64,000 bases of DNA from an uncultured Acidobacteriaceae bacterium (GTDB lineage Bacteria > Acidobacteriota > Terriglobia > Terriglobales > Acidobacteriaceae), in NCBI GenBank assembly GCA_963797415.1, contig CAWCPB010000003.1, positions 237,631 through 301,630 of the forward strand. The letters are read 5' to 3'. Positions 11,614 through 22,852 of this stretch are shown here, in pieces. Both the position numbers and the translations under genes were made by a program. The first letter of the stretch is position 1. Each line of letters begins with the position of its first letter. Under the pieces are notes generated by a model, which saw only the letters and a program-made list of their open reading frames with translations, was not told the origin of the DNA and ran no database searches.

Positions 11614-11640
11614 GTCATCCCGGCCCTGAGCGTAGCGAAC
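11614..11640 (+). repeat. Truncated REP-like palindromic element (GTCATC..CTGAGCGTAGCGAA)
   Basis: gtcatcccggccctgagcgtagcgaac resembles the reverse complement of the end of the element at 49568-49623. Confidence 0.4.
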
Positions 11641-11684
11641 GTGCGTATCGACCGTCTCCGTCGCCACCAAGCTAAAATAGTCCT

Positions 11685-12104
11685 ATGACCACAAAGACCA
11701 CGGGCTACACCGACGACCACGCCAAAGCCGGTCTCGACACCAAATTTCCCCCCATCGAAACCTGGCAGAATCAGTTCAAGGCCTACGAGATCCTTGTCGA
11801 CGACCCCGAATTCACTTCGGTCTGCCCCAAGACCGGTCTGCCCGACTTCGGCCGCCTCACCATCCGCTATATGCCCCGCGAGAGCTGCCTCGAACTCAAG
11901 TCCCTCAAAGAATACCTCTTCACCTACCGCAATCTGGGCATCTTTCAGGAGAACATCGTCAACCAGGTCCTTGAGGACGTAGTCAAAGCCTGCAACCCTA
12001 TCTGGGCCAAAGTAGTCGGCGACTTCCGCCCCCGCGGCGGCATCTCCACCATCGTTGAAGCCTTCTACCCGCGCCCCGAAAACTCCAAAGGCCCCGGTGC
12101 CTGA
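11685..12104 (+). CDS. queF: NADPH-dependent 7-cyano-7-deazaguanine (preQ0) reductase
   Basis: PEFTSVCPKTGLPDFG, LELKSLKEYL (QueF motif), FRPRGGI. Confidence 0.95.
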   Translation: MTTKTTGYTDDHAKAGLDTKFPPIETWQNQFKAYEILVDDPEFTSVCPKTGLPDFGRLTIRYMPRESCLELKSLKEYLFTYRNLGIFQENIVNQVLEDVVKACNPIWAKVVGDFRPRGGISTIVEAFYPRPENSKGPGA

Positions 12105-12130
12105 TCCGGCAGCGCCGACATATAGGCGCA

Positions 12131-12170
12131 GAAAAGCAGGAAGCCCTCGTTCAGGCTTCCTGCCTCATTT
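12131..12170. terminator. Bidirectional hairpin terminator between convergent queF and PEP-CTERM gene
   Basis: aaaa-gcaggaagcc-ctcgttca-ggcttcctgc; 10-bp perfect stem. Confidence 0.7.
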
Positions 12171-12185
12171 CCTTAGAAGGACCGA

Positions 12186-12793
12186 CTAGACCCCGAACTT
12201 TCTCTTCGCGGCAGTCGCGAGACCAATCAACCCTGTCCCCAGAAGCAGGAAGGAAGAAGGTTCTGGAGTGAGCGATGCACCCAGTCCGGTCGAGGAGGCT
12301 GAGCTGTTAGAAAGGGTCGTGAAGCCCGCTTGGCTAAAAATCGAAGCATCCGTCTGCACCACAAGAAAGTTAGTAGTAAAATTCGCGGGAATAGCGGTTC
12401 CGAAGAGGAAGTCAATCGTGCTCCCGTCACTTGAGCGAGTGATAGACGTGGGGGCGACGGTGCCGCCGGTCGTATTGAACCCCACGCTGGTTTGAAAGTT
12501 GTAAAACGATCCGACAGCTACCGACGAAATGGTACCCGGCCCTTGGTCAGCGACCTGATATACGAAATCTAGGCAGTTCGCGCAAAAACTGTTTGAAGGA
12601 TCGTTGTAGACCTGAACACTATAGTTCGACGTAAATGATCCGTTAGTAAGTATGGCTCCGGTAAAGAGATCCAGAGAGCCACCGAAGTTCAAGGTCGAGG
12701 CACTCACGCTTCCCCCGGGGTAATCGGGGTTGCGCTGGCAACGGTTGCCGACACGATACCTACAGCTAATACGGCGAGAATTTTCCTAAACAT
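12186..12793 (-). CDS. PEP-CTERM sorting domain protein (frameshift near 12710)
   Basis: N-terminal signal MFRKILAVLAVGIVSATVASATPI. C-terminus TPEPSSFLLLGTGLIGLATAAKRKFGV. Confidence 0.9.
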
Positions 12794-12859
12794 AGTCGAA
12801 GCCTCCAAGCTGCTCAGTTTGTGGCGCGCCCCGAACAGGGACCACGCGCAGCTAATCAA

Positions 12860-12875
12860 TGCATTCTTGTGGCCA
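12860..12875 (-). promoter_or_regulatory. Putative sigma54 (-24/-12) promoter of PEP-CTERM gene
   Basis: Minus strand TGGCCACAAGAATGCA = GG-N10-GC, about 65 bp upstream of the ATG. Confidence 0.5.
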
Positions 12876-12974
12876 TTTCGATATTTTTGTATAAATTTGT
12901 ACATGTCGTTGTGCCCCGATACGTTATCTCGTCCACTGAACGCCCGCGTAGAATGCTCCTCCCTAAGAAGGACA

Positions 12975-12990
12975 CTGCAAAACTTTGCAG
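12975..12990. promoter_or_regulatory. Putative enhancer (bEBP) palindrome CTGCAAA-AC-TTTGCAG
   Basis: Perfect 7-bp arms about 100 bp upstream of the putative sigma54 site. Confidence 0.4.
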
Positions 12991-13366
12991 GCAAGATCGT
13001 AGAAGTAGGCAATTCTTGCGACTTGACGTTTGCGAGCAAGAAGCGTCCCGAGTGCGCAGCAATCCCCAAGAAAAGACTGTTTACTAGACCGATTGTTAGA
13101 AGAGGGCCGATCCTCGGCTGCAACTATCTGCGAGTTGTATGAAGGCTATCTTCATAGTGGAACTGATCGCGCAAAGACAAACGAATGGCAGCCATCTCCA
13201 TTTTGCTAACGCAGTTGCCCGTGACCTGATAGCTTGGCTAAGCTAGTCCCGGACGGCACAGTAACTCGCCTTCTGCGACGGCCTCGTCCGCTACTCGCGT
13301 CCCTTCGATTGCTTCAGGTTCCTCGTATTCGCGTCCCGGCCCAAACACAAATTGAGATTCAACCCC

Positions 13367-14550
13367 ATGAATGCGCATAATCGTTCCCTCACGGTGCGGG
13401 CTTTGTTGATATTTGTGGCATGCACGGTGCACGTTCCAGAGGCACATGCCGCATCCGAGACCATGACACCCTTGCTCCTTGCGGTGCACGACGCACCTGT
13501 GCCGTTCATGGGCTCAGACGGCCAAATCCACCTCGTCTATCGAGCTGTGGATGACGAATTTCTCCAGCGCGGACATAGCCGTGCAAAAGGTCGAAGTGCT
13601 CGCTGACGGCGCCACTCTGCAAAGCCTCGATACGTGCCGCCGTCGCCCAGCGTCTCCAACCAGTCGGCCTGCGCGAATCTTCCGGAAAGCTCGCGAAGAG
13701 CGCAAACGCGCTGCTGTTCCTCAACGTAGCACTGGCACCAGATGCCGAAATTCCCCGCCAGCTATCCCACCGCATCACGCTAAACGCGAGCGCCGCCCCA
13801 CCCGGTCACCAGACCATGAGCGAAGACGGAGGCGCGACCACGGTCGACCGCCAAAACGTCGTCACCATCGGTCCTCCGCTCCACGGACAGCGGTATGTCT
13901 CCGCGGACTCATGCTGCGATGTAGTCCGTCACACACGTGCCGCCTTGCCCATCAACGGCCGCCTATGGCTCGCCCAGCGATACGCGGTGGACTGGGAGCA
14001 ACTCAACTCCGACAATCGCATCTACTCTGGCCCCAGTGAAAAACTCCAAAGCTACACCATCTTCGGCAAGCCCGCCCTGGCTGTCGCAGACGCAACCGTC
14101 GAATCTGTAACCGACGGCCAACCCGAGCAGCCCCCCGGTAAATATCCCACCAACATCTCAGTCGCCGACGCCGACGGCAACTCCGTTATTCTCAAACTCG
14201 CCGGTCACCGCTACGCCCTTTACGCCCACATGCAGCCCGGAAGCATCAAGGTCCGCCGCGGCGACAAAGTCAAACTCGGCCAGGTGCTCGGCCTCGTCGG
14301 CAACAGCGGTAACTCCCTCGCTCCGCATCTTCACTTCCAGATGATGAACGGACCATCTTCTCTCGCATCCAATGGCCTCCCATACCAAATCAGCGATTTT
14401 CAAATCACAGCCAAATCTCCCGGCACCGAAGCCTTCGACCAGGCAGAGGGCAAGGGAACTCCACTAGCAGTCACACCCATCTCGCCCCCGCAGTCCATCA
14501 AAAACTCGCTACCGCTCGACCAATTAATAATCTCGTTTCCAGCTCCTTAA
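13367..14550 (+). CDS. M23 family metallopeptidase, secreted (frameshifts near 13540 and 13635)
   Basis: QRYAVDW, GNSVILKL..RYALYAHMQPGSIKV, GNSGNSLAPHLHFQ. N-terminal signal and GSDGQIHLVYEL. Confidence 0.85.
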
Positions 14551-14684
14551 ATATCTGTATTTGACCAAACTTCATCAGGCGTATACCTTTCCAGCGAAGT
14601 ACCTCGGCGGCGCAAAGAGTATTCGGGCAAGCCGCAGGGCCAGGGCCAGAATCTCATCCCCAAGAATCTGAAAGGAACTTCAAG

Positions 14685-15230
14685 ATGAAGCGTCTCATGA
14701 TTTTCTGTGCTGCTACCGTCCTTACATTCCTCGCCACCGCCTGTAGCGACACTCATGACGCCGACATCAGGGCGATCCAGGCAAACGATGCCCAGTGGAA
14801 CCAGGACTTCGCCGCCAAGGACGCCGCCAAACTCGCCTCCCACTACGCCTACAACGCAGTCCTCATGCTCCCCGGCTCGCCCGCGGTCTCCGGTATAGAC
14901 GCAATTCGCACCAGTATGACTGAGATGGCGTCCGACCCTGCACTGTCGCTGAAGTTCCAGGCCACCACAACCGACGTAGCAAAGTCCGGCGACCTCGCCT
15001 ACACCCAGGGTACCTACACCATCACCATGACCGATCCGCAGACCAAACAGATCATCAATGATCACGGCAGCTACGTCACAACCTATCGCAAGCAGCCCGA
15101 CGGCACATGGAAGGCCGTCGCCGATATCGCATCGTCGGCAGTTCCAATGTCCGCACCCGCGCCCCCGCCACAAGCCAAGACAACCGGGAAAAAACAAGCG
15201 AAGAAGAAGACTAAAAAAGGGAAGAAGTAA
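14685..15230 (+). CDS. NTF2-like (DUF4440/YybH/SnoaL-like) lipoprotein with Lys-rich tail
   Basis: Lipobox LATAC; SGDLAYTQGTY, YVTTYRKQPDGTWKAVAD. Confidence 0.8.
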   Translation: MKRLMIFCAATVLTFLATACSDTHDADIRAIQANDAQWNQDFAAKDAAKLASHYAYNAVLMLPGSPAVSGIDAIRTSMTEMASDPALSLKFQATTTDVAKSGDLAYTQGTYTITMTDPQTKQIINDHGSYVTTYRKQPDGTWKAVADIASSAVPMSAPAPPPQAKTTGKKQAKKKTKKGKK

Positions 15231-15286
15231 TTCCACTTTTTGAGGGGCCGCAAAGCGACCCCCTCACCTGCTATCCTTCCTCCCAG

Positions 15287-16546
15287 ATGCCCGCCGCGAC
15301 CAAACCAAAGCTCCTTACGCCCTCTGTCGCCGGAGCCACCACCGCTCTCATCCTCCTCACCGCCCTCAACTTCGTTAACTACATCGACCGCTACATCCTC
15401 CCCGCCGTCCAGGAGCAGATCAAAGGCGAGTTCCACATCACCGACAGCCAGATCGGCTCGCTTACGTTCTGGTTCATGGTCGCCTACATGGGCATCTCGC
15501 CCCTCACCGGCTGGCTCGGCGACCGATTCCCCCGCAAGCCCATGATCGTGATCGCCGCGCTCCTCATCAGCGCCACCAACTTCTTCACCTCCAGCGTCCA
15601 CTCCTATGATTCGCTCAACTTCCGCCACGCCATGCTCGGTATCGGCGAGGCCAGCTTCGGCATCTTCGCTCCGTCCATGCTCGCGGACTTCTACCCCGAA
15701 GATCAGCGCAACCGCGTCATGACCATCTTCAACGTGGCCATTCCCGTCGGCGCCGCCCTCGGCATCCTCGGCGGAGGCATGATCGGACAGCTCTACGGAT
15801 GGCGTCACGCCTTCGTCGTCTCGGCCATCCCCGGCGCCCTCTTTGCTCTGCTCATCGCCATCTTCATCAAGGAGCCCGCGCGCGGCACCAGCAAGCCCGA
15901 AAAGGCCAGGGTCGAAAAGACCATCATCCTCTCGCTCCTCAGCAACAAGGCCTACATGTGCACCATCCTCGGCTACGCCGCCGTCACCTTCTCGCTCGGC
16001 GGAATCTCCTGGTGGATGGTCTCGTTCCTCGTTCGCGTCAACGGCTACACGCAATCTGCCGCCTCCGCCATCATGGGCCCTATCATCGTCGTCGCAGGCC
16101 TAGGCGGAACCATCATCGGCGGCATCATCGCGCAGTGGTGGTCCAAACGCACCGCCAAGGCTCTCTACTACGTCCCGGCATTGAGCGCGTTGTTAGCCGT
16201 CCCACCCGCCCTCCTCTGTTTCTTCGGCCCCCGATCACTCACGCTCATCGGCCTCTCTGCTGCAGTCTTCTTCATCTTTCTCGGCACCGGCCCCATCAAT
16301 GCCTCCACGCTGAACTCCGTGCGTCCCGAGATTCGCGCCACCGCCATGGCTGGCCAGCTACTGGTCATTCACCTCCTCGGAGACATGACCTCGCCCAAGA
16401 TCATCGGCATCGTCAGCGACCACACCAACCTCCGTCTCGGACTCGGCTCCACTCTCATCACAATGGTCATCGCCGCCGTCATCTTCTTTATCGGCTCCCG
16501 TTACGCCCCGTCTCTCCGCGCCGACGAGCACGTCATCGCTACATAG
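15287..16546 (+). CDS. MFS transporter (Spinster-like)
   Basis: LNFVNYIDRY, GWLGDRFPRK, GIGEASFGIFAPSMLADFYP, IHLLGD; about 12 TM. Confidence 0.88.
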   Translation: MPAATKPKLLTPSVAGATTALILLTALNFVNYIDRYILPAVQEQIKGEFHITDSQIGSLTFWFMVAYMGISPLTGWLGDRFPRKPMIVIAALLISATNFFTSSVHSYDSLNFRHAMLGIGEASFGIFAPSMLADFYPEDQRNRVMTIFNVAIPVGAALGILGGGMIGQLYGWRHAFVVSAIPGALFALLIAIFIKEPARGTSKPEKARVEKTIILSLLSNKAYMCTILGYAAVTFSLGGISWWMVSFLVRVNGYTQSAASAIMGPIIVVAGLGGTIIGGIIAQWWSKRTAKALYYVPALSALLAVPPALLCFFGPRSLTLIGLSAAVFFIFLGTGPINASTLNSVRPEIRATAMAGQLLVIHLLGDMTSPKIIGIVSDHTNLRLGLGSTLITMVIAAVIFFIGSRYAPSLRADEHVIAT

Positions 16547-16630
16547 ACGATCGTCAGCAGCGGTCCCCCTTCCAATCGTCTGCACGGAAAAGTCATCAGA
16601 GCAGGGAAGCAATCAGGAGGCCATCAAGAG

Positions 16631-17851
16631 TTGTCCGCACCTCACACTCTCACGTCGCTCGCCCAACTCCTTGCCGAACCCCTAGCTCAACTCATAGTCT
16701 GGCTCGTTGCCCTAGCCTGGCTCTGGAAGGCCATCACCTCCACACTCGGCCTCGCCCGCATCCCCAACCTCCTCGAATCTCACTACGATGCAGTTCCACC
16801 CGGCTCCCCATACGTCACCGTCATCGTCCCCGCTCGCAATGAAGCCGACGACATCGGCGCCTGCCTCACCTCTCTTCTCCAGCAGGACTACGCCAACCTC
16901 CGCATCATCGCCGTCAACGATCGCTCTGCCGACCAGACCGAAGCCATCATCGACGCCCTGGCCGCCCAGCATCCCACCAGACTCCGCGCCCTCCACATCA
17001 CTGACCTTCCCCCGGGCTGGCTCGGCAAGACCCACGCCATGGCCCTCGCCGCCCGCCAGACCATCGGCGCCGACGACCCCGCCTACCTCCTCTTCACCGA
17101 CGCCGACGTCCTCTTCCGCCCCGACGCCATTCGTCGCTCTCTCGTCCAGGCCGTCGCCACCCGTGCCGACCACTTCGTCACCCTCCCCACCCCCGCCGTT
17201 AAATCCCCCGGCGAAGCCGTGCTCCTCGGCTTTCTGCAGGTCATGGGACACTGGACCGCCCGTCTCTGGCGCGTCCACGACCCCAAAGCCCTCCGCGACG
17301 CCGTCGGCATCGGAGCCTTCAACCTCGTCTGCACTCCGGCCTACCTTCAGCTAGGCGGCTTCGAGATGCTCCGCATGCAGATCCTTGAAGACCTCACCCT
17401 CGCCCGTCGCATCAAACTCGCCGGCCTCCGCCAGCGAGTGGCCTTCGCCCCGGGCATGGTCAGCATCCACTGGGCCCACGGCGCCTTCGGTGTCATCAAC
17501 GTCATGACGAAGAATCTCTTCGCCGTCTTCGCCTTCCGTCCCATCTTTCTTCTCGTAGCCTGCATCTGGCTCACCCTCTTCTGGCTGACCCCTATAGCCG
17601 CACTCGCCCTACCCGCCACGCGACTCCCCGCGGTCCTCACTCTGGCCTCCATCGCCACGCTCTACATCGCCTCCAGCCGCTTCAGCCGCATCCCCGCCTG
17701 GACAGCGCTCGCCTCTCCCCTGGCCGTCATAGGCTTCATCTATTCGCTGCTCCGCTCCATGTTCATCACACTCCGCCAGGGAGGAGTCGTCTGGCGAGGC
17801 ACCTTCTACTCTCTCGCTGACCTCCGCAAAGACGCCGAAAAGATCGCATGA
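16631..17851 (+). CDS. Glycosyltransferase family 2 (HpnB/CrtQ-like, membrane bound)
   Basis: VIVPARNE, VNDRSAD, GWLGKTHA, FTDADV, LEDLTLARRIK, VVWRGTFY. Confidence 0.85.
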   Translation: MSAPHTLTSLAQLLAEPLAQLIVWLVALAWLWKAITSTLGLARIPNLLESHYDAVPPGSPYVTVIVPARNEADDIGACLTSLLQQDYANLRIIAVNDRSADQTEAIIDALAAQHPTRLRALHITDLPPGWLGKTHAMALAARQTIGADDPAYLLFTDADVLFRPDAIRRSLVQAVATRADHFVTLPTPAVKSPGEAVLLGFLQVMGHWTARLWRVHDPKALRDAVGIGAFNLVCTPAYLQLGGFEMLRMQILEDLTLARRIKLAGLRQRVAFAPGMVSIHWAHGAFGVINVMTKNLFAVFAFRPIFLLVACIWLTLFWLTPIAALALPATRLPAVLTLASIATLYIASSRFSRIPAWTALASPLAVIGFIYSLLRSMFITLRQGGVVWRGTFYSLADLRKDAEKIA

Positions 17852-17938
17852 GCCTTCGTTCTTGACGCATGCGACCATTTAGCTATAACTTGCCCCATCG
17901 GCCAATTCATACCTTTGTAAGCATTGGGAGCGTGATTC

Positions 17939-20048
17939 ATGAACGTCTCAGCTTTCCCAACGGCTTCATTCTTTTTTCGCGTCCGCAATATTCTCCTCGC
18001 AGCCCTGCTCTGCCTCTGGGGCGCCCTCGCGCTCGCGCAAACCCCCGGCGCCGACTACACCGCCGACCTGCCCTCCGTCGAACGCGTGAAAGCCGAGATC
18101 AAAGGCTCCGACCCCACCGACTCCCTCGCCCGCCAGGTCGCCGTCTTCACCTACCTCTACACATACGTCGACCGCATCAAGCTCAACCGTGACTACCGCG
18201 GCCCTTACACGCCTGGAGAGACGCGCGTCATGACCGCATACAGACTCGCCGCCTATCAAATCTCGCAGGACTACGCAAAAAACCATACGCCTGAAGAAGC
18301 CAAAGCCTTCGAGCGCCTCCACGGCCAGTACGAGATGAACTCCGACTTCTACAAAGATTGGTCCAAACGCCTCATCGGCCCGCAATCCGCCGCCGCGTAC
18401 AAAGGCGCCGAAGCCGGACTCGCCGCCACCCAGAAGGCCCACGTCGACAGCATCAATCGCGCCAACGAAGAGGCCAAGGCGCAGGCTCAAGCCCACTCCA
18501 CCCACGCTCAGGGCCTCTCCAACGATCCGACCGCCGTCGCCACCCGTCGCTGCCTCGAGCTCGGCGGCAGCAACATCGCCTGTATGGGCAAAGGTATCGG
18601 AGCGGGCTTTATGGGCCTCATCGGCCTCGGCAGTACGGAAGACATCACCGGCCCGGGCGCCGCCGGAGTCGTCCTGTCCGGCTTTTACAAAAATGCCGCC
18701 GGCGTCAACCTCAGCTTCGACGATAGCTCCGCCTCCGCCACCGATTGCGGCAAAGCCTTGCCCGTCGGCTATCCCTACACCATCGAGAAGCAGCCCGGCT
18801 CCCTCCGCGTCCTCGTCCGCAGCGAGCCCAAACCCTACACCGTGACCATGCGTCCCGATGGCGGCCTCAATGGCCCCGGCTCTATCGACATCACCGGCAA
18901 AATCGTCATCGGCTATCACACCATCACCACCACGCAAATGATTGACGGCCAACGCGCCATGTTCGACCAATGCAACGGGCCCTGCCAGAGCCTCCTCCAC
19001 AGTCCCCGACTACGGCCCCAAGACCGAGCGTTGCTCCGTCGGCTCCCTCAACGCCCCGCCCAAGCCCCCGCCATCATCGAAGCAGTCCGCCAGCCCCGAC
19101 TCCGGCCTCATCGGCATGGTCACCGATATCTTCAACACAGGCGAGATGAAGATGGACTCCGAGCCAGGTCTCCGTATGATCGGTAAGTACGCCGGAGGCA
19201 ATCTCCTTCTCAATTTCACATCCACCTCCGTCATCCTCGACTGCGGCCAGGCCCACGTCCGTGACACCTACGCCGTCGAGAACACCCCCGACCGTCTCAT
19301 CGTCCACATCGCAAACTCCGGCAGCCCCATCCACCTCTCCGTCGAACCCGATAACTCTCTCCACGGCTCCGGCTCCGCCACCGTCAACGGCCGCCTCGTC
19401 AACGGTATGAACGGCGACAACGTCACCTTCGCCCCACACGTCGAGACCTGCACCGTCGGCACCTTCCACCCGGCAACCGGCTCCCCTGCGACTACCTCCA
19501 CGGCCCCCGCCACCGCCCCCAACTCACCCGCACCTGTGGCACCCGCAACTGGCGCTACCCCGGCACCCCGCACCGCAACTTCGGCCCCTCCCTCCACTCC
19601 GGCTCCGGCTACCTCATCAGCACCCCGCGCCGCCATGCGTGTCCTCATCTCCGCTACCTTACCCTCCACACCCAACCCCATGGCCAAGCAGGAGGTCTTC
19701 ATCATGCGCGAACGCATGGACGACGTCCTCCGCAAACTAGGCATCCCCGTCCCACCCAACTCCACCCCCGGCAAAGCCATGCAGCTCCCCAGCACCACCT
19801 GCCAGGCCCAAGCCCCAAACTGCAGCGCCGCTATCACCGGCCTGACCCCTACTACCTCGCCCACGTCGCCCTCGACAGCGCTGGCAAAGGCACCATCTCC
19901 ACCGCCGCCGCCGCCACCGGCGCCTACTTCGTCTTTGCAATAGTCCGCACCCCCGCCGGAGCCTACATCTGGGACATCCCCCACCAACTTCGCCGCCGGA
20001 GACAACACCATCGCCCTGACCCCCACCAACGCCGAACTCATCCACTAA
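17939..20048 (+). CDS. Hypothetical secreted multidomain protein (several frameshifts)
   Basis: ORFs 17939..19186 and 18942..19943 plus tail ...YIWDIPTNFAAGDNTIALTPTNAELIH*. Signal peptide, strong C-ending codon bias, Pro/Ala/Thr linker. Confidence 0.7.
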
Positions 20049-20184
20049 CCTCGGATCCCGTACCTCAGCGCCAACCAAGCCAGCTTCAAATCTCGCGAAC
20101 TCCAGGATGTTCAACGAGCTCCAACCGGCAGTCGGTACGTTAATTCAAAGGACGACACCCTGAACCGCCTCACGCGCAGAACAA

Positions 20185-20418
20185 GCATCCAGTATGCGCA
20201 CGCCGCTGCAGTCCTCGACGCTCGATACGGCAGCAGCCTGACTCCAGGTCACGCCCATGCAGATTGCGCTTGCATGGCTTCTTCAGCGCTCGCCCAACAT
20301 CCTGCTGATCCCAAGCACATCCTCCATCGAGCACCTTCGCGAGAACCTCAACGCATCAACCTTGCAACTTCCTCACGAAATAATCGCGAATCTCGACTCA
20401 ATCGGAAGAGCAGGCTAA
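20185..20418 (+). pseudogene. Aldo/keto reductase C-terminal remnant
   Basis: TPLQSSTLDTAAA*LQVTPMQIALAWLLQRSPNILLIPSTSSIEHLRENL: AKR C-terminal signature with internal stop and no N-terminus. Confidence 0.75.
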
Positions 20419-20507
20419 TGCATTTTCTCGGGATGTAAACTATAACCCAGAGACGAGGTACGCTCGGTGTCTTTTCTAAAGATATCTGCGGCCCATCCTC
20501 TACTCCT

Positions 20508-22841
20508 ATGTCCATGGGTTCTCTTGTGCCGAAGTTGATCTCGCTGATTGTGCTGGCAGTTGCGTGCCCCGCACTGGCTCAAGTGAACACCGGTGAGCTT
20601 CGCCTGAGAGTGACGGACACAGCGGGATTGGGTCTCAAAGCTTCCGTCACCGTCTCAAGCACGGCAAATCAGTACCGCAATACGTTTACGGCCAGCAACG
20701 CAGGCGAGGCCGACGTAAAGACCCTGACCTACGGCATTTATTTAATTCACGTGGAAAATCAGGGCTTTGCGCCAGTTACTGAAACCGTAGATGTAAGGTC
20801 CGCCATTCCTGTCGAGCAGTCCATCAAGCTCGCAGTCGCTGCGGTCACGACTTCGGTCGACATAAGCTCCGCGCCGCTGATCGATCCCTATCTCCCCTCC
20901 TCGATCATGCAGATCGGCTCCGAGCAGATTCAGGACCGGGTAGGGTCACTGCCCGGCCGGTCCGTACAGGATCTGGTCAACTCCCAGCCCGGCTGGCTAT
21001 ATGAAGGCAACGCCGTGCTCCATCCGCGTGGCTCCGAGTACCAGACGCAGTTCGTGATCGACGGAATTCCTCTCACCGACAATCGATCACCCGGCTTCGG
21101 CCCGGAGATTGGGGCCGACAATCTAGAATCGATGAGCCTCTATACCGCTGGTTTTCCCGCCGAATATGGCCGCAAGATGGGCGGCGTGGTCGAACTCAAC
21201 ACCCGCCGTGAGACCGGCTCCGGTCTGCACGGCCAGGTGATCCTCTCCGGAGGCAGCTATGACACAGGTTCCGCCTATGCCCAACTGCAGGATATATGGG
21301 GCAAGAACACCTTCGGAGCGAGTGCGTTGGGCAGCATGTCCGCCCATTATCTGAATCCAGTAGTGCCGGAGAACTACACCAATCGCGGCACGACCGGAGA
21401 TTTCTCAGTCAACTACGCACGAGACCTGACCGACAGCGACCGGTTAAGCCTGAGCGTCCGCCATGAGCTCTCCCGTTTCGAGATTCCAAATGAGCTCGTG
21501 CAGCAGCAAGCCGGCCAACTCCAGACCGGCGATAACCTTGAAACCATGGGCACGGTCAATTACCAGCACATCTTTTCACCCGACAGTATGGGTACGCTGG
21601 CCGGAATGGTGCGCGATAACGCCAACAACCTCGACTCAAATGAAGACTCGACCCCCATCATCGCCACGCAGCATAACTACTTCCGCGAAGGCTACTTCAA
21701 AGGTACGTTCTCTCTTCATCGCGGCAGGCAGGAGTTCAAAGCCGGAGTTGAATCGGACAATACTTTTCTGCATGAAAACTTCAGCTATCAAATCACCGAC
21801 CCCTCGCAGTTCGATCCACGACACTCCCTCAAGCCTGAACTTCATCGCAAGCCGCCCCGACCTGGAGCAGTCCGCTTTCGTCGAGGACCTGATCCGACTC
21901 GGCAACTGGACTGTCAGCGCCGGCCTGCGCTGGGACCACTATCAACTCCTCCTCAACCAGAACGCCTTCAGCCCCCGGCTCTCCGTCGGCCGCTATCTGC
22001 CATCGCTCAACATGGTGCTGCATGTCTCCTACGATCGCATCTTTCAGACTCCTGCTTTCGAGAACATCCTTATCTCCAGCTCCCCTCAGATCGATTCGCT
22101 GAACGACCAATTTCTCCGGCTGCCCGTGCAGCCATCCCGAGGCAACTACTACGAAGGCGGCCTCACCAAGGCCATCAAAAACCGGATGAGTATCTCCGCC
22201 AATCTCTACCGCCGGGACGTGACAAACTTCGCCGACGACGATCAACTCCTGAACACCGGCGTCAGCTATCCAATCGCCTTCGATAAGGCGGTAATCTACG
22301 GAGCGGAAGGCAAAGCTCAATTCGTTCGTCTCGGCAAGACTCTCCGGCTACGTAAGCTACTCCTACATGGTGGGCAACGTCTGGTTTCCAGTCACCGGCG
22401 GTCTCTTCCTCGGCGATGACGCCAACGCCGCTCTCACCCAGACCAACGGACACTTTCCCGCCTCGCAGGATCAGCGCAACACAGTGCGGACGCGCTTCCT
22501 CTATCAAGCCGCATCGCGGCGTCTGGTTGGCCGCGGGTCTCAGCTACGGATCGGGCCTGCCATTCGCATACACCGGCGATGAGAGCGACGCTCTGGCCCA
22601 GTACGGACCGCAGGTAATCAGCCGTATCAACTTCGCCCGCGGCCGCACCCTGCCAATACTTGCCGTGAGCGCCTCTTTGGGTGCCGATATCTACAAGAGC
22701 GAACGCATCACGATGCGCTTCCAGGCGGATGGCGACAATCTGAACAACCGCCTCAACGTCATCGACTTCGGCGGCCTCTTCTCCGGCAACGCAATCGCCC
22801 CCGGGCGCAGCTTCAATCTACGCCTCACCTCAAGCTTCTGA
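20508..22841 (+). CDS. TonB-dependent receptor with N-terminal carboxypeptidase-regulatory-like domain (frameshifts near 21817, 22335, 22510)
   Basis: Plug motifs VLHPRGSEYQTQFVIDGIP, GFPAEYGRKMGGVV; barrel AGLRWD, FSPRLS, NLNN, APGRSFNLRLTSSF (C-terminal Phe). Confidence 0.88.
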
Positions 22842-22852
22842 GCTATACGTGC

